Shown here piece by piece: positions 18,572 to 29,319 of a stretch of DNA of 64,000 bases. The stretch's first letter is position 1; each line of letters begins with the position of its first letter. The position numbers and the translations under genes are program-made. The notes beneath the pieces are model-generated. The model made no database searches, was not told the origin of the DNA, and saw nothing but the letters and a program-made list of their open reading frames with translations. Origin of the DNA: Pseudomonadota bacterium (GTDB taxonomy: Bacteria; Bdellovibrionota; Bdellovibrionia; Bdellovibrionales; Bdellovibrionaceae); assembly GCA_041178425.1 (NCBI GenBank), contig JBEGVH010000010.1, forward strand, positions 143,652 through 207,651. Direction: 5' to 3'.

Positions 18572-20134
18572 CTATTCAAAATCGGGCCAGGTATTCTCTG
18601 GCAATTTAAACCATTCTATCACTTCAATAGTAGAATGCACTTCGTAGGCTCTGTATCTCTGGTTCCATAAAACACTCTTCCAGCCAGCTTTCTCAGAAAT
18701 AAAATTTTTATCTTTTTTGCCGGGGGGAACGATAATCATTCGTTTCTTTAAGAGCGAACTGTCTCGACCAACCAAATAAGCTAGCGATTCCAGGTTTAAT
18801 TGAATAAATTTTGAGTCTTTGTTGTCCAATGAAAAAAACTGCAGCCCTCTATGTAAAAGACTTGCGACTAACAATGGAGCCGCTTTTTCTTCACACTCTT
18901 GCACCACAATTACCTTCTCAGCTTTTCTTCTGATCTCAAGGAGGTCAGCAACCTTGGGCCATTCGCAGGTAATCCAAACCAAGTTTTGCGCTTTCAATTC
19001 AGGAAATGCTTCGGGCCTCGTAGGTGTCAGCCATGGAAAAGCTCGCAAACCCTCATAATTCTCGGCAACAATTCGATAATTAACCTCTTCCACTGCAATT
19101 TTCTGAAGTGACAAAAGTTCATCTGTCGTCCAAGACCGATCTTTTTTCATTAAAAGATCAACGCGTCCCAAGGAATCTTTGTGAGCATCTAAATCGCTCA
19201 ATACCTTCGAGGCAAAATTCCAACCCCAATCATTAAAGCCTAGACGCTCAAAAGAAGCTCGCCAATGAATAATCTCCTGGCGAGAAAAGGCGTCTAGTTC
19301 TTCTAAGGTCATTTCATCAATACTTACTTCAGCCGCCGCAGAGAGAACTTCAATAAAACTATTTAGTTTTTTGAAAAACTGCATTTGTTCTTTCACTGAA
19401 AGGACTTGAAAGGACTGCCAAAGCTTTTGAGCAAACCAAAAATGGAGAGTAAAAGGCGCTAAGGACTCTGCGCGTTTTTCAAAAGAGGGGCTTATGCACA
19501 AATTAGTAAAGGATTCGTCTTTCACCGGCGATTGGCAATACCCTGACCATGAGGTAGCCAACTGTGGCCATTGCCCCAAAACCATTTGCCATTGCCGGTA
19601 GTTGCGATCGTGGATGCCCAGATTAGCCATTAAAAATTGTGTTAAAACTTCTAATCTAAGAATACCCAGACCATGCCCTTTTTGATACTGCTGAATCCAA
19701 GATTTTAAATAGGCTTTTTCTAACGTGAGTTCCTCGCGTCCGAAAAATGCACCCTCACCGATGGTGATTTGATCAGAAGAAACCTGAACTAACTGTTGAA
19801 CTCCTTCTTGGATCACAATCTTTGTTGGGATGAGAGGAAGAAAACCCGATTTTAAATGACCCTCGAGCAAAGCAATTCGCTTTTGAATGTCGTCCATCCG
19901 TTCGATAAACACTTTACTGATGGGCACCTTTCTATGAGCCTCGCAGTTATATACTGTTTTAGACGAACTATCGGTACTTATCCAATCTATTTGCTCAACT
20001 AAATTACTTTCAAAGCAAATAGGTTTACGATTCAGGTAAACTAGCAACAGGAGATCCACAACCAAAAGAACCACCAAAAAACCGATCATTCGCTTTCCTG
20101 TTGGCTCGAAATTTTTTCGCGGCAATCGTATCAT
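18572..20134 (-). CDS. membrane-anchored hypothetical protein
   Basis: Long ORF with one N-terminal TM helix; ATG at 20134 overlaps the liuE stop (ATGA); alternative start 20089. Confidence 0.7.
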   Translation of the reverse strand: MIRLPRKNFEPTGKRMIGFLVVLLVVDLLLLVYLNRKPICFESNLVEQIDWISTDSSSKTVYNCEAHRKVPISKVFIERMDDIQKRIALLEGHLKSGFLPLIPTKIVIQEGVQQLVQVSSDQITIGEGAFFGREELTLEKAYLKSWIQQYQKGHGLGILRLEVLTQFLMANLGIHDRNYRQWQMVLGQWPQLATSWSGYCQSPVKDESFTNLCISPSFEKRAESLAPFTLHFWFAQKLWQSFQVLSVKEQMQFFKKLNSFIEVLSAAAEVSIDEMTLEELDAFSRQEIIHWRASFERLGFNDWGWNFASKVLSDLDAHKDSLGRVDLLMKKDRSWTTDELLSLQKIAVEEVNYRIVAENYEGLRAFPWLTPTRPEAFPELKAQNLVWITCEWPKVADLLEIRRKAEKVIVVQECEEKAAPLLVASLLHRGLQFFSLDNKDSKFIQLNLESLAYLVGRDSSLLKKRMIIVPPGKKDKNFISEKAGWKSVLWNQRYRAYEVHSTIEVIEWFKLPENTWPDFE

Positions 20135-21081
20135 AGAAAACAAGCCTTAGATTTTGTTTTTTGATGATCATCAACGAGACCAATTCGAGATGGAAGTTTT
20201 TTATTCATCTTCTGGGCAAGCCAATGATTCGACTTAACTAAGAGTGAGAGATCAATGCCTGAATCTACATTCATGCTATCGAAGAGATAAATCAAATCTT
20301 CTGTGGCTACGTTACCCGTGGCACCTGGAGCATAAGGACAGCCCCCTAACCCACCAATGCTGGCATCAAAAACTCTTATACCCATTTGGTAGGCCATCAA
20401 AACATTGGCCACTGCTTGCCCACGAGTATCGTGAAAATGTCCTGCCAAAACATGAGGAGAAACGCTCTTAAATAAATGTCCTAGCAGAGTCTCAATATCA
20501 CCTGCACTCGCTATCCCAATTGTATCGCCCAATGAAACTTCATAGGCGCCCAAATCAAGAAGCCTTTTTACATTCTTACTAACCAAGTCCAAATTAACAG
20601 GGCCTTCGAAAGGACACCCAAAAGTTGTACTTAGGTAACCTCGAATCTTAATTCCGTGATCCGTGGCAACCTTTGCCACTCTCGTCAATCGCTCGAAACT
20701 TTCTGCGATAGAGCAGTTAGTATTTTTTTGAGAAAATGTTTCGGAGCAGGCCGCGAAAACAGCAATCTCTTTAATTCCAAGCCGAACAACGGCGTCCATT
20801 CCTTTTTCATTGGGAACTAACGCCGATAGCGACACATTTGCCGGAATAATACTCGTCTTTTGGTCGGCGATGGCTCTTTTGAAAAGTTCTTCCGAGGGCG
20901 CCATTGCAGGAACCCACTTAGGGCTTACAAACGACCCAACTTCTAGACTCGTTAAACCCGCATCAATCAGTTGCCTGAGAAGCTGATAGCGCACATCCGC
21001 ATCAACAACGACGCTTTCGTTCTGCAGCCCATCTCGAAGCCCTACTTCTACGATCTTTACCGTTTTGGCCTTTGTGTTCAT
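20131..21081 (-). CDS. liuE: hydroxymethylglutaryl-CoA lyase
   Basis: EVGLRDGLQNE, HFHDTRG and GGCPYAPGATGN motifs. Confidence 0.93.
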   Translation of the reverse strand: MNTKAKTVKIVEVGLRDGLQNESVVVDADVRYQLLRQLIDAGLTSLEVGSFVSPKWVPAMAPSEELFKRAIADQKTSIIPANVSLSALVPNEKGMDAVVRLGIKEIAVFAACSETFSQKNTNCSIAESFERLTRVAKVATDHGIKIRGYLSTTFGCPFEGPVNLDLVSKNVKRLLDLGAYEVSLGDTIGIASAGDIETLLGHLFKSVSPHVLAGHFHDTRGQAVANVLMAYQMGIRVFDASIGGLGGCPYAPGATGNVATEDLIYLFDSMNVDSGIDLSLLVKSNHWLAQKMNKKLPSRIGLVDDHQKTKSKACFL

Positions 21082-21114
21082 ATTTCTTAATCCCGCATCG
21101 TTGGTCAAAAGTTC

Positions 21115-21501
21115 CTATTCACTCAACTCTTTTAGTTTCACCAAAATCTGGCCCAATTGAACTTGATCGCCAACTTTGACTTGAACCTTTTCAACAGTCG
21201 TATCGAGTTCGCACTTCAATGTATATTCCATTTTCATGGCTTCCATTACGACGATAGCGTGCCCAACCGAGACTGCCTGATTCGGTTCAACGTAGATTTT
21301 GGTTACTTTTCCTGGCATTGGCGCGTGTATCAAATGCTTGGAAGACTTTCCTTCCACCGCTCTTCGTTGTCGCCCACCTTTGCTGCTGGCTTCTGTCGTG
21401 ATCGTTTGACCACATCGGTGAACCCAAAGCTTCCCCTGAATTATTTGAGCGAAACCTTCAACTTTTTTTCCATTGATCTCGATCATTAGTTTCTGACTCA
21501 T
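21115..21501 (-). CDS. biotin carboxyl carrier subunit (split MCC alpha C-terminus)
   Basis: APMPGKV and EAMKME biotinylation motif; GGAGGA SD; ATGA overlap with upstream gene. Confidence 0.9.
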   Translation of the reverse strand: MSQKLMIEINGKKVEGFAQIIQGKLWVHRCGQTITTEASSKGGRQRRAVEGKSSKHLIHAPMPGKVTKIYVEPNQAVSVGHAIVVMEAMKMEYTLKCELDTTVEKVQVKVGDQVQLGQILVKLKELSE

Positions 21502-22982
21502 ATATTCCTCCAAAATCCCGTCCACGGATTTGAAACAACCAAGCCTTGATCGCCACCACTAGCAGACAAACGTTTCAGGGCCTGATCGATAAATTCTTTG
21601 GTCTCTGCCGAAATTTCTGGTTCAGGTAATGACTGCGAAAAATGTTTATCAAAAAATCGAGTCGTCATAGAACCATCGACAAATTCTGGATGAGATATAA
21701 TTTTTTCAAGGAGAGGAATATTCGTATGCACACCAAAAACCACGGATTCCTCAAGAACCTTTAACATTTTTTTGATGGCCAGCTCTCGAGATTCATCCCA
21801 AACAATTAACTTCGCAATCATCGGATCATAAAAGGGAGTAATTTCATCACCCTCATCAAAACCATATTCAAAGCGTCTTCCAAAAGCTTCTGGCCATTGA
21901 ATCATTCCCAGAGGGCCCGTCGAAGGAACACCACCCATAAATGGATTTTCAGCGTACAAGCGGCATTCGATACTGTGACCACGAGGTTTTAGTTCATTAC
22001 CACGACTCCAAACCATTTGATCTTGAGCCGTTAGAAGCTGCGCCTTCACCAAATCGATACCAAGAATCATTTCCGTAACAGGGTGTTCGACTTGCAAGCG
22101 AGTATTCATCTCCATAAAAAAGAACTGATTGTCTTGAAGCAAGAATTCTACAGTTCCAGCCCCTCGATAACCAACATGACTCACCAGCGAAACGGACGCT
22201 GCCCCCATCTGTTGCCTTAGCTCTTGAGTCAAAGAAGGAGACGGAGCCTCTTCAATGATTTTTTGATGACGACGCTGCACAGAGCACTCACGCTCAAAAA
22301 GGTGCTGAACTCGCCCTCCGCAATCGGCAAAAATCTGAAATTCAATATGCTTTGCTCGATTAAGATATTTTTCGAGAAATACCTTCGAAGAACCGAAGGC
22401 CGCCAAAGCCTCTCTTTGTGCTGACTCGATGAGATCTTTTGCTTCCGCTAATTGATGAATCACCTTCATACCGCGTCCGCCACCTCCGGCGGCCGCTTTC
22501 ACAATCACTGGCACCCCGATTTTTGCTGCTTCGCCAACGAGATGATCAACAGTTTGATTATCTCCTTCATAACCAGGTACAAGGGGGATTCCGAGCTTCT
22601 TAGCGATCGTCTTGCTTTGAACTTTGTCTCCCAACGTACGTATGGAGTGTGCCGTAGGCCCAACAAAAATTAAACCTGCCGCTTCGCAAGCCTCGGCAAA
22701 ATCGGCGTTTTCAGATAGAAAACCAAAGCCGGGGTGTATGGCATCGGCGCCAACACTCAACGCCCCTTGAATATTGCGATTGATTGATAAATAACTCTCT
22801 GACGTGGGAGCGGGACCGATGCAAACAGTAACATCAGCCATTCGGTAGGCACGAGTTTTTATATCGGCTTCAGAATGCAAAAGAACAGTTTTTATTCCAA
22901 GTTCTTGACATGCTCGAATGATTCTAACGGCAACTTCTCCGCGATTTGCAATAGCTAAAGTTTTTATGACTTTGTTTTTCAT
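21498..22982 (-). CDS. liuD: biotin carboxylase subunit of methylcrotonyl-CoA carboxylase
   Basis: IANRGE, GGGGRGM, ECSVQRRHQK and EMNTRLQVEH motifs; no fused BCCP. Confidence 0.88.
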   Translation of the reverse strand: MKNKVIKTLAIANRGEVAVRIIRACQELGIKTVLLHSEADIKTRAYRMADVTVCIGPAPTSESYLSINRNIQGALSVGADAIHPGFGFLSENADFAEACEAAGLIFVGPTAHSIRTLGDKVQSKTIAKKLGIPLVPGYEGDNQTVDHLVGEAAKIGVPVIVKAAAGGGGRGMKVIHQLAEAKDLIESAQREALAAFGSSKVFLEKYLNRAKHIEFQIFADCGGRVQHLFERECSVQRRHQKIIEEAPSPSLTQELRQQMGAASVSLVSHVGYRGAGTVEFLLQDNQFFFMEMNTRLQVEHPVTEMILGIDLVKAQLLTAQDQMVWSRGNELKPRGHSIECRLYAENPFMGGVPSTGPLGMIQWPEAFGRRFEYGFDEGDEITPFYDPMIAKLIVWDESRELAIKKMLKVLEESVVFGVHTNIPLLEKIISHPEFVDGSMTTRFFDKHFSQSLPEPEISAETKEFIDQALKRLSASGGDQGLVVSNPWTGFWRNI

Positions 22983-23758
22983 TTTAGAGATACCTTCCAT
23001 TGGGGCTGACGTTTCTCAAGAAAAGACTTAAGCCCTTCTTGACCCTCATCACTCACTCTTCGGGCCGCAATCAAACTTGTCGTCACTGACTTTTGTGTTT
23101 TGCCGTCTTGACGAGAGAGATCTTTTAAAAGTTTTTTTGTTTCCGCGACGGCCACAGGGGCCGCATCAAGAAATGTCTGGATCCAGCTCTTCACAAATTC
23201 TTCCACCTCTTCGGTGCTACCAGCCTCATGAACGAGTCCCATGGCTTTGGCCTCTTTAACCCCAAACATCTTACCTGAAATCATCCACGGTGCTGATTGC
23301 CCAAGAGTGGATTTTTGCAAAATAAAGCTGCTGATCACGGCTGGAGCGAGGCCTAATCTGACTTCGCTAAAGCAAAATTGTGTCGCTGTTTCGGCAATAA
23401 CTATATCGGAACAAGCCAATAACCCGAGAGCACCACCCATGGCAGCCCCTTGAGCGACTGCCAAAATCGGTTTTGGGCAATCTTGCATCGCCTTGAACAT
23501 TTCGTACAAGAGCTCTGAATCAGCCTTGTTTTCTTCTAGGGTGAAATTCACCATTGATTTCATCCACTCAAGATCGGCCCCTGAGCAAAAGACTTTTCCT
23601 TCACCCCGGAGGATGACCAAACGAATCGCCTCAGGAATAGCTTTAAAGGCCGCCGTTAGTTCTTTGATAAGCTCGGGATTGAAGGCGTTTCGCACTTCAG
23701 GCCGCTTTAGAGTGATTGTATATATTTGCTGAGAATCATTGATTTCAAGCCAATGCAT
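22979..23758 (-). CDS. liuC: methylglutaconyl-CoA hydratase (crotonase family)
   Basis: RNAFN, FCSGADL and SEVRLGL motifs; operon context. Confidence 0.85.
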   Translation of the reverse strand: MHWLEINDSQQIYTITLKRPEVRNAFNPELIKELTAAFKAIPEAIRLVILRGEGKVFCSGADLEWMKSMVNFTLEENKADSELLYEMFKAMQDCPKPILAVAQGAAMGGALGLLACSDIVIAETATQFCFSEVRLGLAPAVISSFILQKSTLGQSAPWMISGKMFGVKEAKAMGLVHEAGSTEEVEEFVKSWIQTFLDAAPVAVAETKKLLKDLSRQDGKTQKSVTTSLIAARRVSDEGQEGLKSFLEKRQPQWKVSLK

Positions 23759-23782
23759 TACTTTATCCTTTAATTTTTTAGA

Positions 23783-25390
23783 CTACATTCTAAAGACGCC
23801 GGTGAGTTTCTCACCCCACGCACGATTTAAACTTGCCGAAATTCCAAGGGCTAACACCCTTCGGGTATCAACAGGATCAATGATCCCATCATCCCACAAG
23901 CGGGCCGTCGAATAATAGGCTGAGCTTTCTTGTTCATATTTTTCTAAGGTAGGACGTTTAAACTCGTCCTGCTCCGCTGCGCTCATGGTTTTACCTTGCC
24001 CAGCCATTTGATCAAGCTTGACGGTAAGAAGAACATTGGCTGCCTGTTCGCCACCCATTACTGAGATTTTCGCGTTAGGCCACATCCAGAGTTGGCGAGG
24101 TTGAAAGGCTCTTCCGCACATTCCGTAGTTTCCAGCACCATAGCTACCGCCGATAACTACTGTAAATTTAGGAACCCTAGCATTTGAAACGGCCATCACC
24201 ATTTTAGCCCCATGCTTTGCGATTCCTTCGTTCTCGTATTTTTTACCAACCATGAATCCAGTAATATTTTGCAAAAATACGAGCGGAATCTCTCGCTGTT
24301 CACAGAGCTCAATAAAATGAGAGGCCTTGAGCGCACTCTCACTAAATAAAACTCCATTATTAGCAATAATTCCTACTGGCATTCCCCAGATATGGGCAAA
24401 ACCCGTAACCAGGGTTTGTCCATAGTTAGCCTTAAATTCGTGGAGGCGACTTCCATCAACGATGCGAGCAATCACTTCGCGAACATCAAATGGCTTCCTC
24501 GCATCAGCAGGAATAACCCCATAGAGTTCTTCAATAGGATAGGCGGGTTCTTCAATAGGAAGAGTTTTGAGTTTCACTTTTTTCTGGAGATTCAAATGAG
24601 CAACGATAGAACGCGCGATTTCAATGGCATGCTCATCATTTTCGGCAAAATGATCGGTTACACCACTTGTTTCGCAATGAACTTCAGCGCCACCGAGCTC
24701 CTGGGCCGTGACAACTTCTCCCGTTGCCGCCCGAACTAATGGTGGCCCCCCCAAGAATATGGTGCCATTGTCTTTAACAATGATATTCTCATCGCTCATT
24801 GCCGGAACGTAGGCGCCACCCGCAGTACAGCTTCCCATCACCACCGAGATTTGTGAAATTCCTAAAGCTGACATTCTTGCCTGATTATAAAAAATGCGCC
24901 CAAAATGTTCGCGATCAGGAAAAACTTCTGCCTGCAAAGGTAAAAAGGCGCCTCCGCTATCGACAAGATATAAACAAGGCAGACCATTTTCGAGAGCTAT
25001 TTCCTGCGCGCGCAAATGCTTCTTCACCGTCATCGGAAAATAAGTTCCCCCTTTTACGGTCGCATCATTCGCAACGATAACACACTCTTGTCCGTGAATA
25101 GAGCCAATGCCGGTAATGACACCCGCCCCAGGGGCTTGCTGCTCGTACATATCCCAAGCTGCCAGCGTTGAAAATTCTAAAAAGGCAGAGCCATTATCGA
25201 TGAGGGCTTCAATACGCTCCCGCGCTGTTAATTTTCCGCGACTTTTGTGTTTTTCAATAGAGTCTTTGCCACCGCCTAGTTTTACTTTTTCAACTCGCTC
25301 TCGCCACTCTGAAACAAAGGAGGCCATTTTGGATTTATTCGCCAAAAAGTCGCTCTCTTGCGGGTTAATCAATGTTGATAGGATCTCCAT
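23783..25390 (-). CDS. liuB: methylcrotonyl-CoA carboxylase carboxyltransferase subunit
   Basis: [28 protein letters not shown] and ARLWDDG motifs. Confidence 0.93.
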   Translation of the reverse strand: MEILSTLINPQESDFLANKSKMASFVSEWRERVEKVKLGGGKDSIEKHKSRGKLTARERIEALIDNGSAFLEFSTLAAWDMYEQQAPGAGVITGIGSIHGQECVIVANDATVKGGTYFPMTVKKHLRAQEIALENGLPCLYLVDSGGAFLPLQAEVFPDREHFGRIFYNQARMSALGISQISVVMGSCTAGGAYVPAMSDENIIVKDNGTIFLGGPPLVRAATGEVVTAQELGGAEVHCETSGVTDHFAENDEHAIEIARSIVAHLNLQKKVKLKTLPIEEPAYPIEELYGVIPADARKPFDVREVIARIVDGSRLHEFKANYGQTLVTGFAHIWGMPVGIIANNGVLFSESALKASHFIELCEQREIPLVFLQNITGFMVGKKYENEGIAKHGAKMVMAVSNARVPKFTVVIGGSYGAGNYGMCGRAFQPRQLWMWPNAKISVMGGEQAANVLLTVKLDQMAGQGKTMSAAEQDEFKRPTLEKYEQESSAYYSTARLWDDGIIDPVDTRRVLALGISASLNRAWGEKLTGVFRM

Positions 25391-25417
25391 GAAGCTCTCC
25401 TCGCTTTTTGAAAAAGG

Positions 25418-26062
25418 TCACTTTAAAAGGGGCGACCACTGCAATTCAAAAGTAAAATGAACCTGACTCAATAAGACATCATTTGAAGACGAAATCATTG
25501 AGCTCAAATAGATTTCTCCCCTTTTTTCCTTAAGCAGTTCGGCCATGCTTGCCTCAAATTCAGGGGCATTCAGCTCGCATCGCACTATGCAGTGCGAAAG
25601 AGAAGCGGCCACAGTTTCTAACTCCAGCTTGGCTACCTTTATCTTTAAATCTCCCGGAGGGCAGTGCTTTTCAAGGAGCCATCGCCCTGCCACTTCTGCC
25701 ATGGCCACTAAGGAGGGTGTTGTCCACGAAGTTGAATCCTGAAGATGAACCTGCGGTGAAACTAATAATTCAATTTTATAGGGTTCCCAGTTTTTAACGG
25801 ACGTATCAAGCCACTCAGAAAGCGGCTCCAACCTTCTGCCAATAATACTGGCAGCGGCAGGCGCAAGGTCAGGAGCTATTTCTTGAATAAGGTTTATCAG
25901 GGCAGGCCAACGATCAGCAACGCCCTGCTTGGAAAGCTTCGCTTGAAACCCCTGCTTAGCCTCCTTCAATAACCCGTCGAAGGCCGCGTGACCCATTTGC
26001 TTCCAGAGTCCCAAGGTGTTTTGCAGCTGATTTTTGAAATCCTCTTGCATTTTTAACTCCAC
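25418..26062 (-). CDS. hypothetical protein, possibly hot-dog (thioesterase-like) fold
   Basis: First gene of the liu run; alternating strand/helix pattern with a central helix (SLVAMAEVAG). Confidence 0.5.
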   Translation of the reverse strand: MELKMQEDFKNQLQNTLGLWKQMGHAAFDGLLKEAKQGFQAKLSKQGVADRWPALINLIQEIAPDLAPAAASIIGRRLEPLSEWLDTSVKNWEPYKIELLVSPQVHLQDSTSWTTPSLVAMAEVAGRWLLEKHCPPGDLKIKVAKLELETVAASLSHCIVRCELNAPEFEASMAELLKEKRGEIYLSSMISSSNDVLLSQVHFTFELQWSPLLK

Positions 26063-26140
26063 TTCCCCGGTCGCTTCGGGTACTTTTTTGACATAAAAGC
26101 TTCTGACATTGGTAGTCCTAATTTATAGAGGGGTCAAAGT

Positions 26141-26707
26141 ATGAAATACATCAGCACAGTAATCTTTGGGATCGCATTAGCATATACGTGGAACCTCGTT
26201 CAGCAAGTCCCCGCTATCAATGTTCAAACCCATGCGGCGCTACAGACACGATTAGCAGAAGTCATCCGGCAAAGCGTGATTGAGGTTAAACCCTCCGCCA
26301 AAGAAATTATTATTCTTAAAGTCACCACCGAACCCATTGATGAAAAATCAGTGAAGGCGCATTTCTCTTATACCTTTGTTGAGACCGACGAGGAAACTGG
26401 CGAGCTCACTCAGCAACAAGTAGATGGTGATGCGCTCTTAAAAAGAAGCCAAGGGGCAGATCCTGATCGCGATCTTTGGACCATGGAGAATGTAAAAACA
26501 AACACAGGGGCAATGAGTTTTAGAGACGGGATCGTTATTACTCCGGGCATGGATGACGCTGAGGGCACTACCGATACCGCTAACCCAGAAGCAGAAGTTC
26601 CAGTTGAAGGATCTCCGAATGAAACGCCCCCCACGTCTCAACCACCAGAGACTGTGCCTGCCGCGCCTTCAGAGACTCAAGGAACAACCACTCCTTCTCA
26701 TGATTGA
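26141..26707 (+). CDS. membrane-anchored hypothetical protein with acidic Pro/Thr-rich tail
   Basis: GAGGGG SD; N-terminal hydrophobic segment; low-complexity C-terminus. Confidence 0.7.
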   Translation: MKYISTVIFGIALAYTWNLVQQVPAINVQTHAALQTRLAEVIRQSVIEVKPSAKEIIILKVTTEPIDEKSVKAHFSYTFVETDEETGELTQQQVDGDALLKRSQGADPDRDLWTMENVKTNTGAMSFRDGIVITPGMDDAEGTTDTANPEAEVPVEGSPNETPPTSQPPETVPAAPSETQGTTTPSHD

Positions 26708-27734
26708 TTCTATAGGCTTTGCAGTTATTGATGAAAACGGAGTGGTTCTCGATCACCTTCGTCAGCCAGTCAGTGACCCCGATGTTCTAGAAGAATTTTT
26801 TGCGGAACTCACCTTAGGAGCAAGCTTTGAAATTCTCTCCAAACTTCACGGAGAACCTGTTTTAGTAGAAGCCTTTGATGAACCCATTATTGCCAACAAC
26901 CTAGAGCTCATCGACTCAAATCATAAAATAAAAAATGTTTATGGCTATTCCTGGAACTTTGAGCTTTCGTCACTTGTGGTGGACGAATGGGATCGCTTTC
27001 ATGGCATCACCATCAACGGTCTTCCCTTTGTTCTTAGCAATCAAGCGCAAGATCAGCTGTTCACACAGCTCGATGAATTTGATGACGACTCTATCACCTT
27101 TCAGGGAGAGACCTACTCAGTATCACCTTATTGGAATGATGAGATCGAGGTTGAGTCGGAGAGCTATTGGACAAGTAAATATCAACTCAACCAAGCGGGA
27201 TGGGATCTTGGAAGCCCCGCTCATGCGCTAAAAAGTATTGTCCCAAAACTCAAGCTTCCTAGTTCTCGCGTTTTAGTTCTTGGCGGGGGCCAAGGACACG
27301 ATGCTGGTTATTTTGCGGATCTCGGTCACCATGTAACCCTTGTAGATATTAGCCCAGAGGCCTTAGCGCTGGCCCAAAAATCGTATGGAGATCGAAAAAA
27401 TATTCGTTTTATAGAGGCCGATCTTTTTGACCTTCCACAAGATATGATCGGACAGTTTGATCTCATCATCGAACACACTTGCTTTTGTGCCATCAATCCG
27501 AGCCTTCGCAATGATCTTGTTCGTCAATGGCGACTACTCCTCAACGAAAATGGATTTCTTTTAGGCGTTTTCTTTGCGATGCCCAAACGCTCAGGTCCAC
27601 CCTTTGGTGCGAGCGAACGGGAAATCCGTCGAAGACTCGAAAAAGGATTTCAAACTCTTATCTGGCAGCGCTTTCGCCAATCCATCAAGCCACGATTGGG
27701 TCGCGAACTCCTCGTTTATATCAAAAAGAAATAA
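26700..27734 (+). CDS. TPMT/halide-methyltransferase-like SAM methyltransferase with extra N-terminal domain
   Basis: W...Y.....GWD.G, VLVLGGGQGHD, EHTCFCAI.P and GPPFG motifs; probable start ATG 26700 overlapping upstream gene. Confidence 0.85.
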   Translation: MIDSIGFAVIDENGVVLDHLRQPVSDPDVLEEFFAELTLGASFEILSKLHGEPVLVEAFDEPIIANNLELIDSNHKIKNVYGYSWNFELSSLVVDEWDRFHGITINGLPFVLSNQAQDQLFTQLDEFDDDSITFQGETYSVSPYWNDEIEVESESYWTSKYQLNQAGWDLGSPAHALKSIVPKLKLPSSRVLVLGGGQGHDAGYFADLGHHVTLVDISPEALALAQKSYGDRKNIRFIEADLFDLPQDMIGQFDLIIEHTCFCAINPSLRNDLVRQWRLLLNENGFLLGVFFAMPKRSGPPFGASEREIRRRLEKGFQTLIWQRFRQSIKPRLGRELLVYIKKK

Positions 27735-28019
27735 GCTTTATTATTAACGCTCGGTTTTGGCATCTCTTTGAGTTTAATTCCTATGCCACAATCAGTTGCT
27801 TCAATGAAAAAAAATCACGCTCCTTTAGCGCTATCATGTCGCTTCGGATTCGGGTCACGCTAGACAGACTAAAGTACTAAAAAAAACGCAGCATTGTTAG
27901 TGACATAGAAAAAAACTCAGAGATCTATCAGCGTGCAATTGGGAAGAAGGTCGGGGTATTTTGGTATTTTCTTTGACCAAAACATGTGCTCATATTTTAA
28001 TCACTTTTCTGGGGTGCAC

Positions 28020-28035
28020 TGGCATAAAACTCGCA
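28020..28035 (+). promoter_or_regulatory. sigma54 (-24/-12) promoter
   Basis: TGGCATAAAACTCGCA, exact GG-N10-GC, 55 nt before ATG 28090. Confidence 0.65.
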
Positions 28036-28089
28036 AACTGAACTAGGACCTGCCAACCAGCAGCTGAGCCAATTCAAAGAAGGAGATGA

Positions 28090-29310
28090 ATGAAGACACT
28101 CAATTTGGTTTTTATGCTTCTCTGTTATTCGATGAACTCGCTTGGTCTCGACTCTATAGCCAACTTACCAAAAGGAATTTCGAGCCCCGCATTTAAACAA
28201 GGCTATATTTTTGGTGCTGATCAAAAGTATGACTCGATGGGAGACCTGTATAACATCGCTGATCTGAATTCTATTGAACTCAATGTGGCTAACTTAAAAG
28301 CCATCGAGCCAGACATTAAAAAACTAGAAACGGCCATGAACAAATTCGGACAAAATGGACTGGGAAGCACTCTCCACCTTGGTGTTCTCAAGGTCACGGC
28401 AGAACCCACGGTTCATTTTTCAGCACCTATGTTCGGTCACGGCATTAGCGATCGCTGGATGGTGGGAGTGGGCATTCCTGTGGTTAGATATACTAATCGC
28501 CTTAGCTTTATTCATTCGGGCTCAAACATAGATGAACTCAAAAGGCAATTTTATGGAGTTTCCGATAGTATTGACGAAGCTTTTGATCGCCTTGATCAGG
28601 ACCTCATTCCCGTCGCACAACAAACCCTTCGTGAAAAGGGCTATAAATCTCTCGAAACTCGCAACCAAACTTTTATTGGCGACGTTCAAATCGCAAGCTT
28701 CTATTTACTCCATAAGGATTCAACTTTCGGGTTAAGGTGGCAAACTTTAGTCAATTTGCCAACGGGTCCACAAGATGATCCTGATGACCTCGCTGATCTA
28801 AATATTTTTGGGAGAACTTCATGGGAAAACTATTTAGTTTCGAATTTGCATATCTGGAAGGACCTTGTTTTGGCGGTCAAAGGTGGCTTCAAGTGGGCCA
28901 TCCCTGATCGTGTAAAAGCTCGCGTGCCCCTTAACTCAAATGATACACTTCCTGGCTCCGATCGACTATCGATTGTCGATCGTGATATTGGTGACTCCCT
29001 ATTACTAGGCTCCTCCCTCACCTACACGATACACAGTGGTTTTGGTGCAGGCTTCGGCCTAACTGGTAATTTCAAGCAAACTGATAGCTATGCCGGAACT
29101 CTCATGGGAGACTACGGTGTTTTAAGTAGGGATACCGACTCCTATTCAATAAGTAGTATTTATGAGTTGAGTTATGATACTGTCTCTCTGTATTTTTCAA
29201 AAAAAGCCTTAATACCCATGATTTTATCGATGAATTTTAGCGATACAATACGGGGTAAAAACGTTCAGCGACTGACTCAAACCGAGATGACGGCCACGTT
29301 ATTTTTCTAA
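28090..29310 (+). CDS. probable outer-membrane beta-barrel protein
   Basis: Signal peptide, amphipathic strands, C-terminal ...TATLFF; PTG motif recalls MetA/phenol-degradation-type barrels. Confidence 0.6.
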   Translation: MKTLNLVFMLLCYSMNSLGLDSIANLPKGISSPAFKQGYIFGADQKYDSMGDLYNIADLNSIELNVANLKAIEPDIKKLETAMNKFGQNGLGSTLHLGVLKVTAEPTVHFSAPMFGHGISDRWMVGVGIPVVRYTNRLSFIHSGSNIDELKRQFYGVSDSIDEAFDRLDQDLIPVAQQTLREKGYKSLETRNQTFIGDVQIASFYLLHKDSTFGLRWQTLVNLPTGPQDDPDDLADLNIFGRTSWENYLVSNLHIWKDLVLAVKGGFKWAIPDRVKARVPLNSNDTLPGSDRLSIVDRDIGDSLLLGSSLTYTIHSGFGAGFGLTGNFKQTDSYAGTLMGDYGVLSRDTDSYSISSIYELSYDTVSLYFSKKALIPMILSMNFSDTIRGKNVQRLTQTEMTATLFF

Positions 29311-29319
29311 GGGGAACCC

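Noticed and set aside
26553..26699. Long N-terminal extensions in the ORF track (also 48497, 55027, 55043, 45954, 61815)
   Set aside because: They overlap neighbouring genes or promoters; downstream starts have better SD or promoter support.
27735..28019. ncRNA (6S, SRP, tmRNA) or ORF 27527-27880 in the long intergenic region
   Set aside because: No recognisable conserved RNA motif; more simply the enhancer region of the sigma54 promoter. The ORF mostly overlaps the methyltransferase gene.
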